Positions 1-9,263 of a DNA stretch of 32,000 nt are shown piece after piece (the first letter of the stretch is position 1; every line of letters starts with the position of its first letter). This DNA is from Wolbachia endosymbiont of Cimex lectularius (GTDB lineage: Bacteria > Pseudomonadota > Alphaproteobacteria > Rickettsiales > Anaplasmataceae). Under the pieces are notes generated by a model. The model did not search any database, had not been told where the DNA came from, and was given only the letters and a program-made list of their open reading frames with translations. The DNA lies in contig NZ_AP013028.1 in the NCBI RefSeq assembly GCF_000829315.1, positions 1 to 32,000 of the forward strand. Direction: 5' to 3'. A program made the translations under genes and the position numbers.

Positions 1-152
1 ATGATCAATTTTAGTGATTTTATACCCTTTACAACTCATCAAAAATCACCATAATTTTTAGTGTGTATTAAGTAGTGTTAGCTTTTCACTTTGCAGCAAG
101 CTATTGATTATCTTGTGTTTTTCTAATTATTGCTTTTTTCTTGGTGTAATAT

Positions 153-1535
153 ATGAGCTTGATTAACCCTAAGGTTTCTACTATGTTTTTTGACCAAATC
201 GTTACAGTAACAGATCACAATATTGCTTGGAAAAAAATCCAAAATTGTCTTTATAATCTTTATGGAGAGGCAACGTATAATAGCTGGCTAAGTTCACTTA
301 GCTTTGTTAGTAGTAGCAATGGAGAAGTTTTGTTGTCTGTGCCAACAAGATTTATAAAAGAGTGGATTACGGTTCACTACATGGAAAAAATACTATCATT
401 GTGGCAAAACGAGGATGAAAGTATACGTTCTATTGATATTCAAGTAATCGAAGAAAAGAATTCAAACCCTAATACTATATCAAAAAGCAGGGAGGAAAGT
501 AATCATAGTCTTGGTTCACCGCTGGATCCAAGGTTTACCTTTGATAATTTTGTGGTAGGAAAGCCAAATGAGCTAGCGTTTACAGCTGCAAAGCGTGTGG
601 CAGAATCTATAGATCCAATACCAGGCAGCAACCCTCTGTTTCTATATGGTGGAGTGGGGCTTGGTAAAACACACCTGATGCATGCTATAGCTTGGCACAT
701 AGTCAATTCTCCATCGGTGAAAAGAAAAGTAGCATATTTATCAGCAGAGAAGTTCATGTACCAATATATTACAGCACTGCGAAGTAAGGATATTATGTTG
801 TTTAAGGAACAATTTAGGTCAGTAGATGTATTGATGGTAGATGATGTGCAATTTATCAGTGGTAAAGATAGCACGCAGGAAGAATTTTTTCACACCTTTA
901 ATGCGCTAATAGACCAAAATAAACAATTGGTTATATCGGCTGATAGATCTCCTAGTGATCTTGATGGAGTAGAGGAAAGAATAAAATCGCGGCTTGGTTG
1001 GGGGTTGGTGGCGGATATTAATGAAACGACTTTCGAATTAAGACTTGGTATATTGCAGGCTAAAGTGGAACAAATGAGCATGTATGTTCCGGATGATGTT
1101 CTAGAGTTTTTGGCAAGGAACATAAAATCTAATATAAGAGAATTGGAAGGAGCATTGAATAAAGTTGCCCATACTTTGTTGATTGGCAGGAGTATGACAG
1201 TAGAGTCGGCCAGTGAAACTTTAGCAGATCTTCTTAGATCAAATCATAAGTCAATTACAATAGCAGAAATACAAAGGAAAATAGCTGAGTTTTTTAATAT
1301 AAAAGTAGCGGATATGCACTCCAATAGGAGGCTTCGTGGTCTTGTAAGACCAAGGCAAATAGCTATGTATTTCGCTAAGAAATTCACACAAAAAAGTCTG
1401 CCAGATATTGGAAGAAGCTTTGGTGGCAGAGACCATGCTACTGTTATACATGCAGTAAAACAAATAGAAAATTTTATAAAAACCGACTCAAATTTTGCTG
1501 ATGAAATTAATCAGTTAAGGAAAATGTTTAAATAG
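153..1535 (+). CDS. dnaA: Chromosomal replication initiator protein DnaA
   Basis: Complete 460 aa ORF with P-loop [13 protein letters not shown], Walker [10 protein letters not shown], sensor motif SADRSP and C-terminal DnaA-box binding signature [11 protein letters not shown]. Confidence 0.97.
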   Translation: MSLINPKVSTMFFDQIVTVTDHNIAWKKIQNCLYNLYGEATYNSWLSSLSFVSSSNGEVLLSVPTRFIKEWITVHYMEKILSLWQNEDESIRSIDIQVIEEKNSNPNTISKSREESNHSLGSPLDPRFTFDNFVVGKPNELAFTAAKRVAESIDPIPGSNPLFLYGGVGLGKTHLMHAIAWHIVNSPSVKRKVAYLSAEKFMYQYITALRSKDIMLFKEQFRSVDVLMVDDVQFISGKDSTQEEFFHTFNALIDQNKQLVISADRSPSDLDGVEERIKSRLGWGLVADINETTFELRLGILQAKVEQMSMYVPDDVLEFLARNIKSNIRELEGALNKVAHTLLIGRSMTVESASETLADLLRSNHKSITIAEIQRKIAEFFNIKVADMHSNRRLRGLVRPRQIAMYFAKKFTQKSLPDIGRSFGGRDHATVIHAVKQIENFIKTDSNFADEINQLRKMFK

Positions 1536-1624
1536 AGGTTAGGTTACACAGGCCTTATGTTTAGTGCTGGAGCGGCAATAGACCACTCGCATAGCTTTTA
1601 GCAGCATGCTAGACATATAGAAAC

Positions 1625-2095
1625 AAAAAAACTACTTGACAACCTTCGCCAATACCCTTATAATGAGATTGAAGCTATTATTTATCTTCAGTCTGTGCAG
1701 ATTAAATGACAAAAAAACTTAGTATATCTGGCGTACCATGTTTAATTTTTTGCACTATGTGCACCTCACGTCTTTTTAAAACTTCTGGTTTTTTACCTAT
1801 ACAAGCTGAAACGCGCTTATAAGTCGTTTAAAACATAAAAAAACGCCAATATTATAGGATAGATAGTAAATAACTAGCTACCGGGGTTTCTTTTGCTGTT
1901 TTTTCTGTTTAGTAAATTTTTTAAACGTTTGCAGCTAAGGTTAGTTGCATTAAAAAGCAGCTAAGTCGCATTCATCAAGCGTTTAGAATAAAAAAAACGC
2001 CGATATTTCGACACAAAAGTAAATAACTAGCCACCACGGGGCTTCTTTTGCTTTTTTTTTGTTTAGTAAATTTCTTAATATTTATAGCTAAGGCA
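1625..2095 (+). repeat. Dispersed intergenic repeat unit R1 with embedded consensus-like promoter
   Basis: aaaaaaactacTTGACA-N17-TATAAT (-35 1637..1642, -10 1660..1665). It has two internal submodules (aaaaaaacgcc[a/g]atatt...aaataactagc...ggg[t/c]ttcttttgc...gtttagtaaattt). Related sequences lie near 12.5, 17.3, 21.4 and 27.7 kb. Confidence 0.75.
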
Positions 2096-2181
2096 ATTTA
2101 AGAGCACACAAAAAATGCCAAGAATAATTGCCTTTTAGATGCAAGAAGTTTAGTGTTTGTTATTTACCTAAAATCGTGACT

Positions 2182-3435
2182 TTAATCTACCTTAAGCTCA
2201 AAGTCTTCCGTTAGCTGTGTAGAATACATTTCCTGATTATCTTGATTATAGAGAGTAAATTCGTGATCATCTAAGTTTAATATTGCAAAACCGAAGCCAA
2301 AAAAGTTTCTAACTTCATGTGCTAAATAATTTTTGCCGTTTGAGTAACTAAATTCTACATTTTGATAAGTAGGTTCCTGATCTTGAGCGTGTAATAGTGC
2401 ACCACCGTTTCCGATTATAATCTGGTCTGGAACATTACTCATCAATAAGATCTGAGCTATGTGAATATGGCCGGAAACTGTGGTAGTGACATTGCTTGGA
2501 AATTTATCTCCAAAAGCTTCAATTTGTGTGAGATTGCCATGACTTTTTAATATCAAAAGTTCTTTTTTTGGAGATCTCCAAAGCGGTCTGTGAGTTAAAA
2601 ACCACGTGGGTTTGTTAGAACTATCTTGTGTTAGTTTGTTAAATTGCTTCTCAAAAGCATCAATTGTACTCTGAGTTGTGAAAATATCTTCACCAGACGA
2701 AGAGTCGAAGATAAAAAATCTCATCGGTCCAATGTCTAAAGACCAGCTAGGAACGAAATTTTCACATTTCTCAGATGAAAAGGGGTATGGATCTAGATAT
2801 CTAAACCATCCTTCATAAGCTCTGTCACAACTTTCATGGTTTCCCCTGACAAAGAGAAAAGAAGATTGTAGTAGAATATCCTTTGCAGGCTCGAACCAAT
2901 CAGCGTACCAAGCTTCTTTATTGTACCCATAAATATTGCCGCACTTTTGTTCATTTCTACATTTTGTTTTTCTGTAATGGTAATCGCCAACGTGGATAAT
3001 TAGGTCAGGTTTATGAGAGGCAATAGAATCTAAGTTTTTTTTTAAAGGCCAACTATCTACCGAATTACATTCCTGTTGAAATAATGCATTTATTCTGCAG
3101 CCCGTATCACCAATAAAAGCAATTTTGCTAATCTTTTCTGGTGATGTGGGGACCTGTATGTTGTCAATATTAATGTTTTCGGCACTCGTTTCTACTATCA
3201 GTTCACAAACTGTTTCGGTGTGATCACCATTGTTAATTGAGCTGCGACTTAGCATTTCTATTTCCTCGCCGTCGACATGAACGATGGGGCAAGTATCATT
3301 GTCTATAATTGCACGTACGCTTAATTTATTTTCCGGAATAGCTTGAGACCACGTGTATAATATCTGTGCATGGGCAGAGTAAAAGCTGGTTATAAGAGAT
3401 AAGGTTAAAAAGATAAGGATATTAGCTATATTCAT
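2182..3435 (-). CDS. Secreted metallophosphoesterase (calcineurin-like / purple acid phosphatase-like)
   Basis: 417 aa with N-terminal signal peptide (MNIANILIFLTLSLITSFYSAHA) and metallophosphoesterase motifs IAFIGDTG, HVGDYHYR, RGNHE and GHIH. Confidence 0.8.
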   Translation of the reverse strand: MNIANILIFLTLSLITSFYSAHAQILYTWSQAIPENKLSVRAIIDNDTCPIVHVDGEEIEMLSRSSINNGDHTETVCELIVETSAENINIDNIQVPTSPEKISKIAFIGDTGCRINALFQQECNSVDSWPLKKNLDSIASHKPDLIIHVGDYHYRKTKCRNEQKCGNIYGYNKEAWYADWFEPAKDILLQSSFLFVRGNHESCDRAYEGWFRYLDPYPFSSEKCENFVPSWSLDIGPMRFFIFDSSSGEDIFTTQSTIDAFEKQFNKLTQDSSNKPTWFLTHRPLWRSPKKELLILKSHGNLTQIEAFGDKFPSNVTTTVSGHIHIAQILLMSNVPDQIIIGNGGALLHAQDQEPTYQNVEFSYSNGKNYLAHEVRNFFGFGFAILNLDDHEFTLYNQDNQEMYSTQLTEDFELKVD

Positions 3436-3991
3436 TTGTATAAAAACCTAAGTTTAAAATGTATCCGTTCAACGGGGTGACAAAATAGGGTGGACAAGGT
3501 AACATAAAAGATAACCATGGAGTAAAAGTAAGTTTACAACAAAGGATGTTGTCCCAGTGCCTAGACACTGGGATCCAGCAAAATTGATTGTAAACAAGTG
3601 CACTATACAGCATTTTAAATGAAACTACCAAAAACTGGATTCCAGTGTCAAGCACTGGAATAACACCACTTTTGCTTCAATATTCACCACGCCCCTGAAT
3701 GGATATCTTAAAATTAGCGACACAATCATCTTAAATAATTGAAGCTCATAATCACAAAATCAGATCTCTTGCATAACCTGCTTTCTGATTTTGTGTCAAA
3801 ACTTGCTTGCGCTTCTCCCAAGTATTCTGTGTGTCTCCTAAAAATTCCTTACCATTAATGCAAAAGATCTATTCATAACAGAATTATACAGACAATTTAT
3901 AAATTATCCTAGTATCAGATTGACACTTTGGATGAAGAATCCTAAAATGATTAAGTAATTTAAAATAATTATATAAAAACTAGAATAAAAT

Positions 3992-4076
3992 GCGGTCGTG
4001 GTGGAATTGGTAGACACGCAGCGTTGAGGTCGCTGTGGCTCATAAGGTCTTGGAAGTTCAAGTCTTCTCGGCCGCA
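3992..4076 (+). tRNA. tRNA-Leu (anticodon GAG)
   Basis: Acceptor stem GCGGTCG/CGGCCGC, anticodon stem CAGCG/CGCTG with loop TTGAGGT (GAG), class II variable arm, T loop TTCAAGT, and genomically encoded CCA at 4077..4079. Confidence 0.9.
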
Positions 4077-4109
4077 CCAAGTTTCTTGTCGTTATTTGAT
4101 GTAGGTAAA

Positions 4110-5192
4110 ATGTTAATAGGAAATCAAGGTAAAAATAAAATAGAGAGGGCCATCAGTGAAATCAGGCGTGGTCTGCCAATTGTAATATATGATGAAAGTG
4201 ATTATCTATTGTTTGCTGCTGCTGAAACTTTAGAGAGGGATTCATTTGATCAGTATAAGCTCATATCAGACAATCTATGTGTCACTTTGACTCCAAGTAA
4301 AGTGCAGTATACGTTCCAAAATGAGGAAAATGGCAGCAAACGCTTGCCGATAAACAACTTTGATGAGCTGCTTTATTTAGTAAACTGTTCAACAGAAGAT
4401 AGCACAAAAGAATTGCTGCGTTCAAAGATGATAGATAAATGTGCTACTACTTTGCTTAAATTCTCGGAATTATTGCCATACGCGTTAGTGATCGATATGA
4501 CTTTTAAAGATAAGAATGAGATGCGAGATTGGTGTGAGAAAAATGACGTCATTGCGTTGGACACATCATTCATAAACGATTTTCAACGAAACCAGGGTTT
4601 ATATGAAGTGTGCAAAACATCATTATTTTTGAAGCAGACTCAAGAAGTAAATATCATATCTTATAGAACCAAAAGTGGCGGGAGGGAACATTATGCAATT
4701 ATTATTGGCAATCCAAATGAAGATGGAGACCTGTTAGTGAGGATTCATTCCTCATGCTATACAGGCGATCTATTAGACAGCTTATCGTGCGATTGTAGAA
4801 GCCAATTACATCAAGCAATCCAAATAATGGCTGACTCTAGCGGTGGCATTATATTATACCTTATGCAGGATGGTAGGGGCATTGGTTTAACTAATAAGTT
4901 AAGGGCATATGATATGCAGAGAAAATATAATCTTGATACTGTGGATGCAAATAGAATATTGGGTTTTGAAGATGATGAAAGGGATTTTACCGTTGCAGCT
5001 GAAATGCTCAAGAAATTAGGCATTAAAAAAGTCCAATTACTTACAAATAACGGTAGAAAGTTATCAGAGTTGAAAAACAGTGGCATAGAGGTTACAAGGT
5101 GTCTACCACTTATTATGGAGCGTAATCAGTATAATAGTTCATATATGGAGACAAAATTTGGCAAGCTAGGCCACAAGTTAAGGGTTTTTTAG
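4110..5192 (+). CDS. ribA: GTP cyclohydrolase II (RibA-type)
   Basis: GTP cyclohydrolase II motifs VRIHSSCYTGDLLDSLSCDCRSQL and GGIILYLMQDGRGIGLTNKLRAY. The track start at GTG 4035 lies inside the tRNA, so ATG 4110 (MLIGNQGKNKIER) is the more likely start. Confidence 0.88.
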   Translation: MLIGNQGKNKIERAISEIRRGLPIVIYDESDYLLFAAAETLERDSFDQYKLISDNLCVTLTPSKVQYTFQNEENGSKRLPINNFDELLYLVNCSTEDSTKELLRSKMIDKCATTLLKFSELLPYALVIDMTFKDKNEMRDWCEKNDVIALDTSFINDFQRNQGLYEVCKTSLFLKQTQEVNIISYRTKSGGREHYAIIIGNPNEDGDLLVRIHSSCYTGDLLDSLSCDCRSQLHQAIQIMADSSGGIILYLMQDGRGIGLTNKLRAYDMQRKYNLDTVDANRILGFEDDERDFTVAAEMLKKLGIKKVQLLTNNGRKLSELKNSGIEVTRCLPLIMERNQYNSSYMETKFGKLGHKLRVF

Positions 5193-5263
5193 CTTTTTTG
5201 TTGTAACTACTTTGTTGATTTACTATGTTCGTTAATATTGGTTAAGGTTTTGAGAAAATTAAG

Positions 5264-5944
5264 ATGCTAAAGCTTTTCAAACAGAAAAATAATGAGTCGT
5301 TGGATAAGGATGTAAATTGGAGTTCAAGTCGTTATAGCACAGTTGTTGCTCAGAGAAATACTTTGCTTTTATTTACATTAATATTATTAGTAGCAATTTC
5401 TGTAAGCATATTGGCTATATTTAAAATTAGTACAAGTAGCACTATTGAACCATTTGTTATAGAAATTGAAAAAAAATCTGGAATAGTGCAGTTGGTTGAT
5501 CCTGTTACAGTAAAACAATATTCTGCGGATAAAGTACTAAACAATCATTTTATTGCAGAATATATAAAGGCAAGAGAGGTTTTTGATAAATATAACTACA
5601 ATTATAACTATTACACAAAGGTGAGGTTATTTTCTTCACCCAATGTATATAATGAATTTAGAAATTATATAAGTTCGCAGAACATGGATGATCTTTTTAA
5701 TTTATATTCAGGTTTTGTTAAAAATGAGTTTAAGATTCGCTCAATTCAGAAATTGTATGATGATACCTTTCAGGTGAGGTTTACTGTGGAATTTACACGA
5801 AAAAATGGAAGCTCTGTAAAAAAGAACAAGATAGTCATCATGTCGTATAAATATGCATCACTTGAAATGAATGATCAGCAAAGATACGTTAATCCGTTAG
5901 GATTTCAGGTTACTTCTTATAGGGTAGATGATGAACATGTGTAG
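5264..5944 (+). CDS. virB8: Type IV secretion system protein VirB8
   Basis: 226 aa; short cytoplasmic N-terminus, one TM helix (LLLFTLILLVAISVSILAIF), periplasmic VirB8-like domain; immediately upstream of virB9/B10/B11. Confidence 0.9.
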   Translation: MLKLFKQKNNESLDKDVNWSSSRYSTVVAQRNTLLLFTLILLVAISVSILAIFKISTSSTIEPFVIEIEKKSGIVQLVDPVTVKQYSADKVLNNHFIAEYIKAREVFDKYNYNYNYYTKVRLFSSPNVYNEFRNYISSQNMDDLFNLYSGFVKNEFKIRSIQKLYDDTFQVRFTVEFTRKNGSSVKKNKIVIMSYKYASLEMNDQQRYVNPLGFQVTSYRVDDEHV

Positions 5945-6737
5945 AATATTATTAGTTTTAGCTTTACTGATAAATAGCAGTTTAAGTGCATCAGTTAATT
6001 ACAATAAGCCTATTTCTGTAGATAGTAGAATAAAAACTTTTGTGTATAGCCCTAACGAAGTATTCACAGTTGTTTTCAGTCAAGGCTACTATTCTTATAT
6101 TGAATTTGCAGAAGGAGAAAAAGTCAAAAACATTGCTGTTGGTGATGCGTCAAGTTGGAAAATTAGCCCTTATGACAATAAATTACTTATCATGCCATTT
6201 GAAGTTAGTAGCCGCACTAACATGATTATCACAACCACCAAAAAAAGAAATTACATTTTTGATTTAATCTCAAGACCAAACTACGATAAATACCCAGATA
6301 CTGATACTGAGAAAATAAGTCACGATTATTCTGCTGAAAAAGATATATCTTATGTAGTACGTTTTTATTACCCTCAAGAGGAAGATGAATTTGATGTTGA
6401 TTTAGATGAAGTATCAACGCCTACTCAAATGCAATATGTTGTAGACAAGCCAGAAGGAGTAATACAGGAAAATGACAAGAAGTACAATTATACATATATC
6501 GATGAAGGTGTTAACACTGATATAATACCAATTGAGTTATTTGACGATGGCTATTTAACCTATTTTAAATTTAGGGACAGTAACAAAATACCTCAGATTT
6601 TTACAGAAGAGGGTAAAACTAAATTACCTTGTAAAAGACTGTTATTTGATGGTTATGTTATAATAAAAGGGGTGCATAAGAAATTGTTCATGCGTTATGA
6701 GAATAATGAGGTTGAAATTATAAATAGGTCACTTTAG
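5928..6737 (+). CDS. virB9: Type IV secretion system protein VirB9
   Basis: 269 aa with signal peptide; N-terminal YSPNEVFTV...YIEFAEGEKV typical of VirB9/CagX; overlaps the virB8 3' end by 17 nt. Confidence 0.9.
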   Translation: MMNMCRILLVLALLINSSLSASVNYNKPISVDSRIKTFVYSPNEVFTVVFSQGYYSYIEFAEGEKVKNIAVGDASSWKISPYDNKLLIMPFEVSSRTNMIITTTKKRNYIFDLISRPNYDKYPDTDTEKISHDYSAEKDISYVVRFYYPQEEDEFDVDLDEVSTPTQMQYVVDKPEGVIQENDKKYNYTYIDEGVNTDIIPIELFDDGYLTYFKFRDSNKIPQIFTEEGKTKLPCKRLLFDGYVIIKGVHKKLFMRYENNEVEIINRSL

Positions 6738-6753
6738 CTGTGGTACATGTAAT

Positions 6754-8241
6754 ATGAGTAAAGAAAAGCGTAACAATTCGGAAAATGAGTCAGAAATAGA
6801 GAGCAATGTAGTAACAGTTGGCTCTAATCAAGGCCATAGAGCATTAATGGTTGTTATTTTAGTGCTTCTAGTTGGTGGGATATATTATCTCTATTTTAGT
6901 CCTTCTTCCGATGAAGAGGATGTGGAAACCATTAGAAAGGAAGAAACGGAGCAAAATGTTCAAGAATTGAAAGGAAAGTTGGAGAAAGTTCCAGATAATA
7001 CAGCAGTTCCTGAAAGGATAATAACTGATCTGCCATCTTTACCTCCTATTTCTACACCGCAAATTATACCGGAAGTAAAACAGTCTAAAAAAGAAGAAAT
7101 GGTAAAAAAAGAAGAAGAAAAACCAAAAGAAACGCCTATGTCAAATATACCTGTTTTGCCAAAGCAAAACTTCCCTCATAGCAATATTACTAGCAATTTA
7201 CCAACATCGTTTCCTACAATAGGTGGAGGTGGTTATCCTAGAGACAGACGTGGTGCACAAATGTTAGCAATTTCAGGTGGTGGTAAAGAGGGCAAGGCTG
7301 CCGATGCCGTTTTATCTAACACTTCAATACAGCCGAGTATAGCTACCAAAGTGGGAAAACTTGGGTTTATGATTACTCAAGGTAAAATTATTGATGCTGT
7401 TCTTGAGACTGCAATAAGTTCTGATCTGCAAGGAACGCTACGTGCTGTGGTTAGTAGTAATGTTTATGCAGAGACTGGTGATACGGTTTTAATACCCAGA
7501 GGTTCAAGATTGATAGGTGGCTATTCATTTGACTCGAATGTTGCAAGAGTTCGCATAAATATAAACTGGAATAGGATCATTCTTCCTCATGGAATAGATA
7601 TTGCTATTTCATCACCTGGCACCGATGAGCTTGGTAGAGCAGGAGTAGCTGGCATAGTTGATAATAAAATAGCAAGTGCATTGTTTTCTTCAATATTGCT
7701 TGCAGGCGTTTCGATTGGGTCAGCTGTTATAGGACAAAAGTCTTCCAATCTTGTTGATGCGCTAACTCCTATGGATGCGGTGAGAGCTATCACTGCAACT
7801 GAAATAGATTTTTCTTCACTCAAGGATGTCATTATTGATGGACTAAAGGGTGACAGTGCAGCTAAAGTTGAGAAAGCAGAGGGAAAAGCGTGGAAATTGG
7901 GTCTTGGAGCTATTGGCAGAATTAAGAATGCTAAAAATGAGCAAGATTTGCTGAAGATAATGAAAGAGGAAATAGCAAAAGCGTTAGGAATTGAAAAAGA
8001 TAAGGTAAATATAAGCCTAGAAGACATAAATCAACTGCTACAACAATTTCTAGGAAAAAACAAGTCTGTCTATGAAGAAGCAATTAGCAAATCAATCAAT
8101 GATTTTTCTAAAGATATGCGAGATATAGTCGAAAGATCTACAGATAAAAAACCAACTGTTTATGTCGATCAAGGCACCGCGTTGAAAGTATTTGTTAACC
8201 AAGATATAGTATTTCCTCCACAGGCAATATTAAACCAGTAA
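6754..8241 (+). CDS. virB10: Type IV secretion system protein VirB10
   Basis: 495 aa; N-terminal TM, proline-rich linker and C-terminal VirB10/TrbI domain (TQGKIIDAVLETAISSDLQGTLRAVVSSNVYAETGDTVLIPRGSRLIGGY). Confidence 0.95.
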   Translation: MSKEKRNNSENESEIESNVVTVGSNQGHRALMVVILVLLVGGIYYLYFSPSSDEEDVETIRKEETEQNVQELKGKLEKVPDNTAVPERIITDLPSLPPISTPQIIPEVKQSKKEEMVKKEEEKPKETPMSNIPVLPKQNFPHSNITSNLPTSFPTIGGGGYPRDRRGAQMLAISGGGKEGKAADAVLSNTSIQPSIATKVGKLGFMITQGKIIDAVLETAISSDLQGTLRAVVSSNVYAETGDTVLIPRGSRLIGGYSFDSNVARVRININWNRIILPHGIDIAISSPGTDELGRAGVAGIVDNKIASALFSSILLAGVSIGSAVIGQKSSNLVDALTPMDAVRAITATEIDFSSLKDVIIDGLKGDSAAKVEKAEGKAWKLGLGAIGRIKNAKNEQDLLKIMKEEIAKALGIEKDKVNISLEDINQLLQQFLGKNKSVYEEAISKSINDFSKDMRDIVERSTDKKPTVYVDQGTALKVFVNQDIVFPPQAILNQ

Positions 8242-8242
8242 A

Positions 8243-9235
8243 ATGAACTATGCTGCACTTGATACATATTTAGAGCCATTACAAGGCATCTTTCAAGAGG
8301 AAGGTGTAAATGAAATATCAATAAATAAGCCAAAGGAAGTATGGATTGAAAATCGTGGTGAAATAAGGTGTGAAAAATTAGAGATATTCGACCTTAACCA
8401 TTTAAAATCTCTTAGCAGACTGATTGCTCAAGCCACAGAACAAAAACTTAGCGAGGAAGCACCGCTGCTTTCAGCTACATTACCAAATGGTTATCGTATA
8501 CAGATAGTATTTCCACCAGCATGTGAGTCTGATAAGGTAGTCATGTCAATTCGTAAACCTTCTACCATGCAATTAGCATTGGATGATTATGAAAAGATGG
8601 GGGCTTTTTCTGAAACTGTTATAGAAGTAACTGATGATCCAGTGGATCGTCACCTGGATTCACTATTAAAGCAAAGGAGAATAAGAGAGTTTTTAGAATA
8701 CGCTGTAATAAATAAAAAAAACATCATAATCAGTGGCGGAACTTCTACTGGTAAAACTACTTTCACTAACGCAACTTTGCGTACCATTCCAGCCGAAGAA
8801 AGAATTATTACTGTTGAAGATGCGAGGGAAATCGTTTTGAACGATCACCCCAATAGAGTACATTTAATTGCCTCTAAAGGAGGGCAGGGCAGGGCCAAAG
8901 TGACCACTCAAGATTTGATAGAAGCATGCTTACGCTTAAGACCAGATAGAATAATAGTTGGTGAGCTCCGTGGAGCGGAAGCTTTTAGCTTTCTTAGGGC
9001 AATAAACACTGGTCACCCAGGATCAATATCAACCCTTCATGCGGATAGTCCAGCAATGGCCCTTGAGCAAATAAAACTGATGGTCATGCAAGCAAATCTT
9101 GGCATTCCCCCAGATCAGATCATACCATACATCAGAAATGTAATCGATATTGTCATTCAGCTAAAAAGAACCAGCGGGGGGAAAAGAAGCATATCTGAAA
9201 TATTATTTACTAGATCATCGGATGAAAATGCTTAA
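8243..9235 (+). CDS. virB11: Type IV secretion system ATPase VirB11
   Basis: 330 aa; Walker A IISGGTSTGKTTF, Asp box ITVEDAREI, Walker B RPDRIIVGELRG and His box GHPGSISTLHAD. Confidence 0.97.
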   Translation: MNYAALDTYLEPLQGIFQEEGVNEISINKPKEVWIENRGEIRCEKLEIFDLNHLKSLSRLIAQATEQKLSEEAPLLSATLPNGYRIQIVFPPACESDKVVMSIRKPSTMQLALDDYEKMGAFSETVIEVTDDPVDRHLDSLLKQRRIREFLEYAVINKKNIIISGGTSTGKTTFTNATLRTIPAEERIITVEDAREIVLNDHPNRVHLIASKGGQGRAKVTTQDLIEACLRLRPDRIIVGELRGAEAFSFLRAINTGHPGSISTLHADSPAMALEQIKLMVMQANLGIPPDQIIPYIRNVIDIVIQLKRTSGGKRSISEILFTRSSDENA

Positions 9236-9263
9236 ATTTATACATAATGAGGAAAAGTAGTTT

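Noticed and set aside
1-152. Chromosomal replication origin next to dnaA
   Set aside because: No cluster of DnaA boxes (TTATCCACA-like) is visible in the short upstream piece. In Wolbachia the described origin lies elsewhere.
503-1463. Minus-strand ORFs inside dnaA (123, 77 and 70 aa)
   Set aside because: Shadow ORFs antisense to a strongly conserved gene, with no recognisable domains or start signals.
4035-4109. N-terminal extension of RibA (MAHKVLEVQVFSAAPSFLSLFDVGK)
   Set aside because: It is the translation of tRNA-Leu sequence; an internal ATG at 4110 is a better start.
7587-8027. 146-aa minus-strand ORF in virB10
   Set aside because: Antisense to conserved VirB10 sequence, with no domain or plausible ribosome-binding context.
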